A stretch of DNA of 64,000 nt from Candidatus Multivorans sp. (lineage in GTDB: Bacteria; Acidobacteriota; Thermoanaerobaculia; Multivoradales; Multivoraceae), in assembly GCA_965208755.1 (NCBI GenBank), contig OZ242353.1:3866341-3930340 (forward strand). The letters are read 5' to 3'. Both the position numbers and the translations under genes were made by a program. Below, in pieces: positions 34,236 through 44,548 of this stretch (position 1 is the stretch's first letter; every line of letters starts with the position of its first letter). The notes beneath the pieces are model-generated. The model saw nothing but the letters and a program-made list of their open reading frames with translations. It did no database searches and was not told where the DNA came from.

Positions 34236-35903
34236 CTAGAGGGCCGGCGAAGGCGAAGAGCGAAGCAGACTGATCTCGCCGGTGACCTCATCGCGCAGGC
34301 CTGCGGCGACGGTCCACTCGCCGACCGGTAGATCGAGCCGGATGCTCGCCTGCCAAGGGCCGGGTGCGCTCGGTCCGGCGAGGAAGCCCTCCCGCGCCGC
34401 GGTTTCCCGGCCTTCCGGGTCCACCACGTAGAGCCAGAGACGCAACCTGCGCTCGCTTTGCGACGAGAGGCTCAGAAGGGTTGTGACCGCGTCGGTGCCG
34501 AGGCCGAGGGAGGCCACGAGGCCGTCGGAATCCTCCGTCACGAGGAGCTGGGCGCCGAGGGGATTCGGCAGGCTGGCGTCGGGGCGCAGATCCGGCGCTC
34601 GGGCCGCCGTACGCAGGCCGTCGGCCCATTCCTGCTGCATGGTGCGATCCATGTAGCTGCGACGGTAGTGGAGCCTGGTGCGGCGCTTCACGTCGCCGAC
34701 CAGCCGGACCTCGAGTACGTGCCTCTCTCCGGTTCGCTGGTGCTGGGGATAGAAGGCAAGCGTGTAGACCGCCTCGCCTGCCTCCAGGGATCGGAGCACC
34801 GGCTTGACCACGTTGTTCGCGTTGAAGATCGTGCTGCCCCCGGTCTCCGACGCGAGCTGGGTCAGGCCGGACTGCAGGTTGGCGTTCGTGATCATCTGGT
34901 TCAGTTGGGTTCCGCCGAAGCGCGCGGAATCCAGGGCCGCGTTGGCCTGCGATGGCGCGCCGATGCCGCGTGCGTCGACCGTCACCAATGTCACGCGATG
35001 GGAGTTCGCGAGCCCGGCCACGCGGTGCAGTCGATTCGCCATGTTCTGCGTGCTCAGGACGCGATTGCTCAGCTCACTCGACAGATCGGGACAGAGGTCC
35101 TGAAGGTGCTCGAGAATCGCCACGCCCGGCTGGATCTCGATCCTGCCGGCAATCACGATCAGCATCTTGCGGCCCGGCACGGCGCTCAGGTACTGGATCG
35201 CATCGCCGAGCAGCCGGGCTCGCAGCTCGCTCGAGGCGAGGGCCGTGGCGGCGTAGTCGTCCGCGACGGCGAGAAGCTGCCCCCGGGAGTCGATGCAATT
35301 GGAGTGGGCGAGGACGTTCTCGATCTCGCGCATGGCGAAGAAGATGCCCTGCTGCTCTCGCACTGCGGAGGCGCGGCTCGACTCCTTGAAGTCCGTCGCG
35401 TCGGCCACCGTCCCTCCCCCCAGTTGCAGGGTCAGGCGCCCGCGCCGGAAGTGCCGGAAGACGACGAGCTCGGCGCCATGCGGGTTCGACGGCTCGGAGA
35501 GTGCCTGGATTGTGCGCAGGGCGCGGTTCCTTTGGCCCGGACCGAGGCTCACATCGTCGACGAACACCCCGACGATGCCGCCGCTTCCCCTGGACGCCTG
35601 TGGGGCCGATTCTGATGGAGCGGCCCGGGATGCCTCCGCGAGGGGCGCTGCTTCGCCGTTCGTACCGGTGACGTTCGGCGGCGAGAACACCGCGATCTCC
35701 ACCGGCTCGCCGTCCTCCAACAGGACGAAGTCCTCGATCCCCAGATCGGTGACCGGTTTGCCCCTGCGTTCCACGCGCACGTCGACGTGGACGAGGCGGA
35801 CGTCCAGTTGGTCCGCGAATTCGGCGCGAGCCGGATCGGCCGGCTGCGCGTGGATCGCGGCGGGCCAAGCCAGGAGCAGGATCGTTGTCGTGTACTTCAG
35901 CAT
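34236..35903 (-). CDS. VWFA-related acidobacterial domain protein (von Willebrand factor A), secreted
   Basis: Probable start MLKYTTTILLLAWPAAIHAQ, a signal peptide. vWA fold. Paralogous to 46773-48665 (shared IEDFVLLEDGEPVEI / DDFELKVENEPVEI). Confidence 0.65.
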   Translation of the reverse strand: MLKYTTTILLLAWPAAIHAQPADPARAEFADQLDVRLVHVDVRVERRGKPVTDLGIEDFVLLEDGEPVEIAVFSPPNVTGTNGEAAPLAEASRAAPSESAPQASRGSGGIVGVFVDDVSLGPGQRNRALRTIQALSEPSNPHGAELVVFRHFRRGRLTLQLGGGTVADATDFKESSRASAVREQQGIFFAMREIENVLAHSNCIDSRGQLLAVADDYAATALASSELRARLLGDAIQYLSAVPGRKMLIVIAGRIEIQPGVAILEHLQDLCPDLSSELSNRVLSTQNMANRLHRVAGLANSHRVTLVTVDARGIGAPSQANAALDSARFGGTQLNQMITNANLQSGLTQLASETGGSTIFNANNVVKPVLRSLEAGEAVYTLAFYPQHQRTGERHVLEVRLVGDVKRRTRLHYRRSYMDRTMQQEWADGLRTAARAPDLRPDASLPNPLGAQLLVTEDSDGLVASLGLGTDAVTTLLSLSSQSERRLRLWLYVVDPEGRETAAREGFLAGPSAPGPWQASIRLDLPVGEWTVAAGLRDEVTGEISLLRSSPSPAL

Positions 35904-36042
35904 CGGTTGCGGCGGCCTCCCTGTGAGCCTGGGGCTACTGACTCTTACGAAGGAAGCTGCCCATCCGTTTACACGAACGGAGAAAGCCCGGCGCCTCAAC
36001 GGGTGAGGCGCCGGGCCGTTGCCCTTTCAGTGGCCGGGGGCG

Positions 36043-38769
36043 TCAGAACTCGAAGCGGACGCCGGCCTCGTAGCGGCGCGGCTGCACGTATGCCGTGGCT
36101 GCGTCCAGAGCCAGGCCGCCAGCGCAGCCTTCGACTCTCGTGCAGACCGTGGTCACCTGCTCCTCGTCGAAGACGTTGAAGACCGCCCCGATCAGCTCGA
36201 AGCGAAGGTCGCGCCCGAAGATGAAGCCCTTCGATACCTGGACGTCCATGCCGTAGCGGTCGTTCGCTTCCCTGCTGCCGCGCCGCTCCGTGAAGATCCG
36301 GCCGTATGCCTCGGACGCTTCCGTCGGCGCGTAGACGCCCGCGGACGACCAGAAACCCTCGAAGGCCAGGGAGAAGTCGAGCGGAAGATCGACGAAGCCG
36401 TTCACCTTGACCCGGTGCCTGCGGTGGTCCGAGAGATAGCCATACGTGTTCTGGAAGTGGTCCGGATAGATGTCGAAATCGAGGCCGGCGTTCTGCGTGT
36501 AGCCGACGTTTCCCTCGGACTCGGAGTTCGTGTACGAAGCGAGAACGTGGAACCAGTCCGTGAAGCGGGACTCGAAGTCGAGGACGAAGCCGCTGTAGTC
36601 GCGCACCAGTCCCGGCAGGTTCGCCATGACGTAGAAATCGCAGTCCGCCCCGGCGGCCGGCGCCGGCAGGTTGCCATTGCAGGTGTCTTCGAAGATGTCC
36701 AGGGTCTCCTTGGTGATGTAGGTCAGGCCGATCGATGTGCGTCGGGTCAGTTCGCGTTCGACGCCGACGCTCCACTGGTCGGCGTAGGTCGGCTCGAGAG
36801 CGGCCGAGATCCTGCTCGCGGTACTCGAGAACACCCTGTTGTAGAACCAGCCGTTCGGATCAAACCCTGCAGGGTCGGCGATCCAGTTCGAGAAGGTCAG
36901 GCCGCCGACTGTTTGTTCACCGGGGTACGCGTCGCGGCAGTTCGCGCCCAGTTGCGGCCGGAACGACGAGCAGGAGATCCAGCGGACCGTCGGGAACTGG
37001 TTGACCCTCGCGAAGCTCGGCAGCGTGAGGGCGTTCGGGTGCATGAAGCGGCCCCAGTTCGCGCGAGCGACTGTCCTGGCGTCGCCGCCGATATCCCAGG
37101 CAATCCCGAACCGCGGCTGCAGCTTGGACAGGGCCGCCACCTCGTTGCCGATGTCGTTCTCGAACGCGACTTCATCGTGGCGCAGACCGAGCTTGAGCGT
37201 CAGGTTCGGCAGTACGCGCCATGTGTCCTGGACGTACGCGGTGAACTGCCTGCCGTCGTTCTCGGCCGGCGACTCGATCGGCGAAAAGAGGAGCGTGTAG
37301 GGCGCGCCGAAACGGTCGCCAAACGAGTAACCGCCTCCGGTGGCGTTGTTCTGGGTGGCGAAGAAGTTGCTGGCGTACTCCACACCCACCTCGACTTCGT
37401 GGTCGCCCGCGGCGCCATCGGTGAACCAGACCAGATTCGTCGTCAGGTCGTCCCGGTCGCGGGTCGAGAACTGCTGGTTCGTGTAGTTCACCGATCTCGA
37501 GCCGTCGCCGAAGGAGTCGACGTGACCGATCGTGTCGAAGTCGCGGCTCTGTGGGAACGAGTTCAGCTCGCCGCGGACCGTCCCGGCCTTGATGTGCCAC
37601 TGCAGGTTCGGGGTCAACAGTCCGAGCGCGTCCAGGCCGAGAATGGTCTTCGGCTGCTCCTGGAAGCGCGTGGCTTCCGGCGCCACGGAGCGGGAAGCGT
37701 TCGCGTTGGTGATCGTTGCGTCTTCGCCGATGTACCGGCCGGTGAGCTGCCACTCCGGGCTGGCCTGCCACGTCAGCTTGCCGTTGAGGTTCATGCCTTC
37801 GAAGTCGCGGGTGGCCGGCGACTCGGTGGGGGTGTTCTTCGATCTCACCGGGTTGGCCGCGGCGAAGAACCAGAGTTCGTCCCGGCGGATCGGACCGCCA
37901 AGTGTGGCGGCCGTCTCCTGGAACTCGACGACGTTGTCGTCCGTGTCGAAGTGCTCGCCGCTGGTGTTGAAGTCCGTGTCGCGGTAGCGCACGTCCAGAC
38001 TGCCCGAGAACGCGTTGCCCCCGGACTTCGTGACGACGTTGACCACGCCGCCGGTCGCGTTCCCGTAGCGGGCCTCGAATCCGCTCGTCTCGAAGTTGAT
38101 CTCCTGGACCGTGTCGAAGTTCATGTTGATGTTCCAGGTCGCGGTGACCGGATCGGTCGTGTTCACGCCGTCGACGACGAAGGAGTTCTCGCCCAGAGTG
38201 GAGCCGAACACGTTCGGGTTCGATCCGCCCGCGACGCCGCCGACGTCGGTCAGCACACTCTGGTAGCTGCGGTTCGCCGAGCCGATGGAGGCCTTCTTCA
38301 GGTACTCGGCGCCGAATGTTTGCGAGGTCGACACCTGCTCGGGATCGACTACGGGAGTTTCGGCGACGACCATCACTTCTTCACCGAACTCGCCCGCAGG
38401 CATCGAGAAGTGGATTTCCGTGACGCGGTTCAGCCGGACCTCGACCTCGGTCCGTTGCTGCGGGATGAAGCCATCCAGTTCGGCTTCGACGGTGTAGACA
38501 CCCGGCGGAAGACTGGGGAAACTGAAGCCGCCCTCAGCGTCCGCGAAGTCAGTTCGGGAACCCATGAGGTTGGGCGAGTTGACGGTTACCGTCGTGCCTG
38601 GAAGCGGCGAACCGTCGGCGTCCATGACCTGGCCGGCCAGCCGGCCGGTGAGCTGCGCGGTCGTTGGGGCGGCCAGGAAAGCGAGCGCCAGGGCGGCGCA
38701 TAGACCGAGGACCACGCTTCGGCTCAGGCCGGCGCGGTTTCCTCGGTGCTCGTTCTGAAGATGTAACAC
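36043..38769 (-). CDS. TonB-dependent receptor with N-terminal carboxypeptidase-regulatory-like domain (Oar-like)
   Basis: CarbopepD_reg-like N-terminus (PGTTVTVNSPNLMGSRTDFADAEGGFSFPSLPPGVYTVEAELDGF). Large beta-barrel ending ...EAGVRFEF. A GTG start near 38769 gives signal peptide ...LGLCAALALAFLAAPTTAQ. The track start at 38853 is the alternative. Confidence 0.75.
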   Translation of the reverse strand: MLHLQNEHRGNRAGLSRSVVLGLCAALALAFLAAPTTAQLTGRLAGQVMDADGSPLPGTTVTVNSPNLMGSRTDFADAEGGFSFPSLPPGVYTVEAELDGFIPQQRTEVEVRLNRVTEIHFSMPAGEFGEEVMVVAETPVVDPEQVSTSQTFGAEYLKKASIGSANRSYQSVLTDVGGVAGGSNPNVFGSTLGENSFVVDGVNTTDPVTATWNINMNFDTVQEINFETSGFEARYGNATGGVVNVVTKSGGNAFSGSLDVRYRDTDFNTSGEHFDTDDNVVEFQETAATLGGPIRRDELWFFAAANPVRSKNTPTESPATRDFEGMNLNGKLTWQASPEWQLTGRYIGEDATITNANASRSVAPEATRFQEQPKTILGLDALGLLTPNLQWHIKAGTVRGELNSFPQSRDFDTIGHVDSFGDGSRSVNYTNQQFSTRDRDDLTTNLVWFTDGAAGDHEVEVGVEYASNFFATQNNATGGGYSFGDRFGAPYTLLFSPIESPAENDGRQFTAYVQDTWRVLPNLTLKLGLRHDEVAFENDIGNEVAALSKLQPRFGIAWDIGGDARTVARANWGRFMHPNALTLPSFARVNQFPTVRWISCSSFRPQLGANCRDAYPGEQTVGGLTFSNWIADPAGFDPNGWFYNRVFSSTASRISAALEPTYADQWSVGVERELTRRTSIGLTYITKETLDIFEDTCNGNLPAPAAGADCDFYVMANLPGLVRDYSGFVLDFESRFTDWFHVLASYTNSESEGNVGYTQNAGLDFDIYPDHFQNTYGYLSDHRRHRVKVNGFVDLPLDFSLAFEGFWSSAGVYAPTEASEAYGRIFTERRGSREANDRYGMDVQVSKGFIFGRDLRFELIGAVFNVFDEEQVTTVCTRVEGCAGGLALDAATAYVQPRRYEAGVRFEF

Positions 38770-39137
38770 TGGGGGAAGTCCCTCCTGGTTGCGGGGCACA
38801 AGGCCGTTGAGCAAGGCGGATGCCAGTCGTTGTGACGAGGGTCGGACGAGCACCCGGTCAGGCCGTTCGGTGTTGTTTCTGCGCGGTTTTCTTGAGTTCT
38901 GGCGTCGGTTGACTCTCGGTCGTCCCGAGGCGGCAATTCACCGTACTGGACGGATCTCCTGCGAATCGCTGGATCCGGCGGATCCAGAATTCGGCCCTCG
39001 GATTCCGGTTCTTGAATCGTGCGGCGCCCCGGAATGACTCCCGCGTGGGGCGGCCTGTGGCGCCCTCCGGCCGCCTGCGATAGCTTCGCGGCCTCAAATC
39101 ACAGAGCCCTCTAGCTGGGAGAAGGAGCAAGCGAGCC

Positions 39138-40412
39138 ATGCCCGATCTCGACCCGTTCGGCATCGACGCCGAGTTGTACGACCTTTCGATGTCCGATGGA
39201 GCGAAGCCGCTTCTGACGAAGGTCAAGAACTTCATGGCCGACTACGTCGAGCCGATCACCGAGGAGTACTACCGCCGCGGCGAAGGGCGGGAGGACCGCT
39301 GGAGCTACGGCGAGGGCCAGTTGGAGTTGCTCGACGGCGCCAAGGCGAAGGCCAGAGAGATGGGCCTGTGGAACTTCTTCCTGCCTGACGCGGAGACGGG
39401 CGAAGGCCTGAAGAACCTGGACTACGCCTACATCGCCCAGGAGCTGGGGAAGAACCCGCTCGCCTCGCAGTGCATGAACTGCAGCGCGCCGGACACCGGC
39501 AACATGGAGGTGCTCGAGCGGGTCGGCACGCCGGAGCAGAAAGAGAAGTGGCTGGAGCCCCTGCTCAACGGCGAGATCCGGTCGTGCTTCGGCATGACGG
39601 AACCGAACCTGGCCTCGTCCGACGCCAAGAACATCGGCACCCGCGCGACCCTCGACGGCGACGAGTGGTTGATCCAGGGCGAGAAGTACTACATCTCCGG
39701 CGCCGGCGATCCGCGCTGCAAGATCATGATCTGCATGGTGAAGACGAGCCCCGGTGGGCCCGCCCACCGCCAGCAGTCGCAGATCCTGGTGCCGATGGAC
39801 ACCCCGGGCGTGAATGTCCTGGGACCGATGAAGGTCTTCGGGCACGACCACGCGCCCCACGGCCACATGCACATCAAGCTGGACAACGTCCGGGTGCCGA
39901 AGGAGAACATCCTGCTCGGCGAGGGCCGCGGCTTCGAGATCTCCCAGCTTCGCCTGGGGCCCGGCCGGATCCACCACTGCATGCGGTCCGTGGGTCAGGC
40001 CGAGAAGGCGCTCGACCTGATGGTCAAGCGTGGCATGTCCCGCGAGGCCTTCGGCCGGCCGATCATCCAGCTCGGCAAGAACATCGAACTCGTGTCGCGT
40101 GCCCGGATCGACATCGAGGCGATGCGCCTCATGGTGCTCCGCGCCGCCAAGGCGATGGACGTGCTCGGCAACCGCGAAGCGAGAGTCTGGGTCCACGCGG
40201 TCAAGGCGATGGTCCCGGAACGCACCTGCCAGATCATCGACCAGGCGATCCAGATGCACGGCGCCACCGGCGTCTCGCAGTGGACGCCGCTCGCCGACAT
40301 GTACACCGGCCAGCGGACGCTGCGCATCGCGGACGGCCCGGACGAGGTCCATCACCTCGTCGTCGGCCGCGCCGAGCTGCGGCGGTACACGGAGGAGAGC
40401 GCCGCGAACTAG
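39138..40412 (+). CDS. Acyl-CoA dehydrogenase family protein
   Basis: ACAD N/M/C domain pattern. 424 aa. Confidence 0.8.
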   Translation: MPDLDPFGIDAELYDLSMSDGAKPLLTKVKNFMADYVEPITEEYYRRGEGREDRWSYGEGQLELLDGAKAKAREMGLWNFFLPDAETGEGLKNLDYAYIAQELGKNPLASQCMNCSAPDTGNMEVLERVGTPEQKEKWLEPLLNGEIRSCFGMTEPNLASSDAKNIGTRATLDGDEWLIQGEKYYISGAGDPRCKIMICMVKTSPGGPAHRQQSQILVPMDTPGVNVLGPMKVFGHDHAPHGHMHIKLDNVRVPKENILLGEGRGFEISQLRLGPGRIHHCMRSVGQAEKALDLMVKRGMSREAFGRPIIQLGKNIELVSRARIDIEAMRLMVLRAAKAMDVLGNREARVWVHAVKAMVPERTCQIIDQAIQMHGATGVSQWTPLADMYTGQRTLRIADGPDEVHHLVVGRAELRRYTEESAAN

Positions 40413-40446
40413 CCGAGCGCGTCGCGACATCGGTTACACCCGCCTA

Positions 40447-40608
40447 GGCGAGCGCCGGAAGGCCGTCCCTGCGGCCGCTCGCGCTTGATCGGACGATGAG
40501 GAGTCGGCGCTCGCTGCGGTCGGCTGCGCTCCGGTTGGGCGTCAGTCGATGTAGGGCATCGGCCGTCGCTTGCCGACAGCCCGCGGGGACGGCCTTCCGG
40601 CGCTCGCC
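40447..40608. repeat. 162-bp element bounded by 28-bp near-perfect terminal inverted repeats. MITE-like, or a long stem-loop RNA.
   Basis: GGCGAGCGCCGGAAGGCCGTCCCTGCGG at 40447-40474 versus CCGCGGGGACGGCCTTCCGGCGCTCGCC at 40581-40608. They are reverse complements with a single mismatch. Confidence 0.5.
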
Positions 40609-40946
40609 CAGGCTGGAGGTTGTCTATGTGGCGTCCCGGTGGCCTGCGGTTCTGGCTCGTGCACCCGCAGAGGAGGTTAGAGTCCTGCGTACAGTGATTG
40701 ACGAGGGATCCCCGAATGCGTAGAGAATCGCAAAGCGACCGACAGCGGCAGGACCACCGGCCCTTCAAGTCGGTCGCCGAGGTTCAGGACTTCTTTCGGC
40801 AGTGCGATGCGGATCAGGCTCGCGGAGTCGAGCCCGACTGGGACGAGCACCTGGTAGTGATCCGGGAGTCGCGGAGACGCGGCAAGTCCGGGAACTGAGT
40901 CTAGGTTGCTGGCCGCCGGTGGGAACCGTATGAGGCGGTCACCGCC

Positions 40947-42314
40947 TTACCTCACGTACACCGGATTCGAGTAGATCCAGGTCCGCCATTCGCCGTCGAC
41001 TTCTAGCCAGCCTTCGACTCGGTAGACGCCCGGGCCATCGAGGCGGTGTGTGAGGGAACGGGCTTCGGTGACGGCGATCTCTTCGCCGTTGCGGATGAGG
41101 CGGATGGTTGCGGGCAGGGGTAAGAGGGCCTTGAGCTCGGCTGTTGCGCCGGCTTCCAGGGTCCACTCGTCGCCCATGATGGCGGTCGGCGCTCCAGGTT
41201 TGCCGACGAAGAACTGGAAACCGGTCGGGTCGGCCAGCCAGTCGTGGGCGACGTAGACGTGGCCCGCGGCGATGGCGCTGCGGATCGCTGCTTCGTCGAG
41301 TGCCGGTGCCAGGATGTGGGTCGTCGAGTTCCGCATCGACACCCAGTAGGGGTCGAGGTCGTAGCGGCCGATGACGGTGCCGGGTTCGTGGCCGCGGACG
41401 AGTTCGGGGATTCCTGGTGCGTCCGCGGCGGTCAGGACCCTCATCTCGTCCGGGTCGTCGACGATCGTGCCGACGCGGACTGAGTGGTCGTCGACCTTGA
41501 TCACGACGAAGACCTGGTTGTGGTGGCAGTCGTTCGCGTTGACGCCGACGATCCGGCGGTGGGCGGTTTCCCGGTCCCACTTGGCGAGGTACAGGGCGGG
41601 GTAGTCGAACTGGGCGCCGAAGACCTCCTCGGGGTACAGCTCGACGGCTCGGGCCAATGCCTTCGACTGGTCCGGATCGACGATCCAGCTGACCAAGGCG
41701 CGCATGGAATCGCCGTCGTCGAGGGCGTCGGCGTGGCGGTTGTAGATCTCCATGCCGGTCAGGCCGTCCATCGGATGGTCGACCCGCGCTTCGACGTGGG
41801 AAAGGAAGGCCATGCCGGCGCCGCGGTTCACCTGGCGGAGCAAGGTGCCGGCGTCGGCCCGCATGTGCTCGACGACGGACTCCTCGGGATGGATCAGGAA
41901 GCCGTGCGCTTCCGAGCCGGGGATGAAGAGCACGCCGTCGTGGAGTCCGCGCCAACCGTCCATGAAGTCACGGGGCGGCCGGTAGTGGTCGGACAGGAAG
42001 ACGACATCGACGTCGACCCGTCCGGCGTCCCGGAGCAACTCCTCAGGGGTGCCGCCGGTGTGATCGGAGTCGCCGGCGTGAGCGTGGAACACGCCGCGGT
42101 AGTCGTTGAGGCCGGGGCGGGGCGGCGGCGGTTGAACCGCCGCGCGGAGCCGTTCGACATCGGCGTGGGCTGCCGCGAGGCGTTCCGCGGACAGGCGCTC
42201 GAGGGTCGTCCAGCGCCGCGCCGGCGGTTCGCCTGGCGCTGGCTCCTGAGTCTGACTCCAGGCGGCCGCCGCGGCCAGCAGGCCGCAGATTCCAACCTGG
42301 AGCCGCCGTCTCAC
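40947..42314 (-). CDS. Secreted PHP-domain (polymerase/histidinol-phosphatase-like) metal-dependent phosphoesterase
   Basis: YRGVFHAHAGDSDHTGG PHP motif. GTG start at 42314 in a GTGA overlap with the upstream amidohydrolase. Signal peptide MRRRLQVGICGLLAAAAAWSQ. Confidence 0.55.
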   Translation of the reverse strand: MRRRLQVGICGLLAAAAAWSQTQEPAPGEPPARRWTTLERLSAERLAAAHADVERLRAAVQPPPPRPGLNDYRGVFHAHAGDSDHTGGTPEELLRDAGRVDVDVVFLSDHYRPPRDFMDGWRGLHDGVLFIPGSEAHGFLIHPEESVVEHMRADAGTLLRQVNRGAGMAFLSHVEARVDHPMDGLTGMEIYNRHADALDDGDSMRALVSWIVDPDQSKALARAVELYPEEVFGAQFDYPALYLAKWDRETAHRRIVGVNANDCHHNQVFVVIKVDDHSVRVGTIVDDPDEMRVLTAADAPGIPELVRGHEPGTVIGRYDLDPYWVSMRNSTTHILAPALDEAAIRSAIAAGHVYVAHDWLADPTGFQFFVGKPGAPTAIMGDEWTLEAGATAELKALLPLPATIRLIRNGEEIAVTEARSLTHRLDGPGVYRVEGWLEVDGEWRTWIYSNPVYVR

Positions 42315-43333
42315 AAGGAATAGACCCTGACCGCGGTCCGGTAGAACATCGCGTCCTGCTCGTCGTCCGGGAACCCGGCCGCGATCTTCTTCAGCGCGTT
42401 GTAGAGCACGTGGTAGGCGATCGAGAGCTTGTCGACCGGGAAGTTGCTCTCGAACATGCAGCGCTGCGGGCCGAAGCACTCGATCGTGTGCAGGTAGTAG
42501 CGGCGGTGGGCGGCGACGAGTTCGGCGGAGGTCGCTGGGGTGGCGCGCTCGCTCCAGCCGAAGCCGTTGTCGGGCATCGCGAGGCCGCCGATCTTGGCGA
42601 CGACGTTGGGACACTCCGCGATCTCGGCGATGTCGTCCTTCCAGGCCTCGAAGATCTCGTCGCGCTTGTCCGCGTAGGGACCGACCCCAAGCGGCGTGCC
42701 GAAGTGGTCGAGGATCATCGTCGTCCCTGGCACGGCGCGGGCCAGGGCGGCGAAGTCGCGGTTCTGGTGGTGGTAGTGCCAGGTGTCGAAGGTCAGGCCT
42801 CGATCTCCCAGGACCTTCATGCCGCGCCGGAAGTCGTCGCGGGCGTACAGGCCTTCGGGCGCCCTGCCCGCGATCCGCAGGTGCTCAGGATGCGGGTCGC
42901 GGGCCCCTGAGTGGCGGATGCCGCGAAACAGCCCGTTGCCTGCCTCCTCATGGGCGTCGAGCACCTCGGCGACCTCGTCGCCCAGGGTCAGGTTCGCGTG
43001 ACTGACGATGCCGGCGATGGTCGCACCGTCACCCGCGGCGGAGGCGGCGGCAGCTTCCGCCACGAACTCGGTCTCGCCCACGCAGCGCAGGTGCTCCGGC
43101 CCGTCTTCGCGGTAGCAGGCCCGGCACTCGACGAACACGGTCTTCTCGACGTTGTGGCTCTGGGCGTCGGAACCGACTGCCTCCGTGTCGTCCCACAGGT
43201 CCTCCAGCAGGTAGTCGCCGGTGGGACGCCGCCAGAGGTGGTGGTGCGGATCGACGATCCGGCGCGCCGGGTCGACCGTTGCTTCCTGGACCTGGGCGAG
43301 CCACTCGGGCGTGCCGGGCTTTGGTGCTGACAT
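42311..43333 (-). CDS. Amidohydrolase-2 family metal-dependent hydrolase (TIM barrel)
   Basis: RIVDPHHHLW metal-binding HxH start motif typical of amidohydrolase_2. Confidence 0.7.
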   Translation of the reverse strand: MSAPKPGTPEWLAQVQEATVDPARRIVDPHHHLWRRPTGDYLLEDLWDDTEAVGSDAQSHNVEKTVFVECRACYREDGPEHLRCVGETEFVAEAAAASAAGDGATIAGIVSHANLTLGDEVAEVLDAHEEAGNGLFRGIRHSGARDPHPEHLRIAGRAPEGLYARDDFRRGMKVLGDRGLTFDTWHYHHQNRDFAALARAVPGTTMILDHFGTPLGVGPYADKRDEIFEAWKDDIAEIAECPNVVAKIGGLAMPDNGFGWSERATPATSAELVAAHRRYYLHTIECFGPQRCMFESNFPVDKLSIAYHVLYNALKKIAAGFPDDEQDAMFYRTAVRVYSL

Positions 43334-43378
43334 TGCGCCTCCTGGATGGTCTGGGGGCGCTACCGTAGCAGCGTCGCC

Positions 43379-44416
43379 TCAGTGCTTGTAGTCGCGGTGG
43401 TGCTGCGCCAGCAGATCGCGGCCGAAGTCGCCTTTGAAGTCACGCCAGACGGTGTGGCTGTGGTTCGCGCGGTTCTGGACGTTGTCGTACTCGATGACGA
43501 AGTCCGGCGCCTGGATCCGGTAGTAGTGCGGCGCACCGGTCTCGCCGGGGCCGATCCAGGCGAAGTGGATCGCGTCGCCGGCCGCCTCAACCTGGGCGCG
43601 ACGCTTCTCGGCCAGGTCCGGCGGCACGTTGCCCGCGTACTCCTCGATCAGCGCGTCGAGCAGTTCGCGCTGTTCGGGCCGGAGCGCGCTCGCGGCCAGG
43701 CCCTGAGCCTCTTCGGGCGTCACTCGCGGCTGGTTCGACGTGAAGATGTCACGGGGAGCCTCGTCGCCGATCACGGCCTGCGTGCGCTGTTCGTCGTCGA
43801 GCGAATCGAGCAGTGCGCGGGCGAGGTCCTCCTCGCGGCCCAGGGCCCGCAGCCCTTCGCGTGGACCGCTCGGCACGCGGTGTGGATTGGCGCCCAGGAA
43901 CAGGGGTGCGGAGGCGGTCGCGTCGCCGGCGACGACGGTGAAGTTGAGCGACACGTGGTGCCCCTCGAAGCTCCAGCCCCAGTCGCCTTCTTCGCTCGGT
44001 GCGCCGAAGAAGGTCACGTGGTAACGGAGCGGATCCCGCATCGACGTGAAGCGGTTGGCGCCTGCGGCTTCCTCGAGCCTGCGCAGCACGGACTCCAGGC
44101 TCATCACGGTGGTCGTCTTGCCGTATCCCGTGCGGCTGAGCGATGCGCTGAGCAGGGCGTGAAGCAGGTGGTGCTGCGCGGGGTCCATGTCCAGCATCGA
44201 GAGGCCCTTGCGCTCCTTTGGGATGAAGTGCCAGTCGACGCGTTCGGCCGCGTCGAAGTCGAGCATGACGGTCGCGCGCTGGTCGTCGCTCAGGGCGGCG
44301 AGCAGGTTGTTCGCCGCCGAGGCCATCGTGTCGGAGGTCTTGTCGTTGCCGGCGGCACCGAGAAATCCGGCCGCGCCGGCGCAGCCCAGGGCGATCAAGA
44401 ACATGCGTGCGGACAT
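43379..44416 (-). CDS. DUF3500 family protein, secreted
   Basis: Start MSARMFLIALGCAGAAGFLGAA. C-terminus HYYRIQAPDFVIEYDNVQNRANHSHTVWRD matches the DUF3500 signature. Confidence 0.65.
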   Translation of the reverse strand: MSARMFLIALGCAGAAGFLGAAGNDKTSDTMASAANNLLAALSDDQRATVMLDFDAAERVDWHFIPKERKGLSMLDMDPAQHHLLHALLSASLSRTGYGKTTTVMSLESVLRRLEEAAGANRFTSMRDPLRYHVTFFGAPSEEGDWGWSFEGHHVSLNFTVVAGDATASAPLFLGANPHRVPSGPREGLRALGREEDLARALLDSLDDEQRTQAVIGDEAPRDIFTSNQPRVTPEEAQGLAASALRPEQRELLDALIEEYAGNVPPDLAEKRRAQVEAAGDAIHFAWIGPGETGAPHYYRIQAPDFVIEYDNVQNRANHSHTVWRDFKGDFGRDLLAQHHRDYKH

Positions 44417-44548
44417 CGTATGTCTCCCGCGGTTTCTCGGCGCCGGCGGCAATCGCCGGGGCCCGCTCGTTGCCGGTTCGGACATTCCAGCGTATCGCGC
44501 AGCGACGCCGGAGCGTCGGCTTGCGGGAGCCGCCGCTAGTATCGCCCG

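Noticed and set aside
38858-39235. Track ORF 38858-39235(-) of 125 aa in the TBDR/ACAD divergent intergenic region
   Set aside because: Overlaps the well-supported acyl-CoA dehydrogenase start. Arg-rich composition and no RBS. The region is better explained as a divergent promoter/5'UTR.
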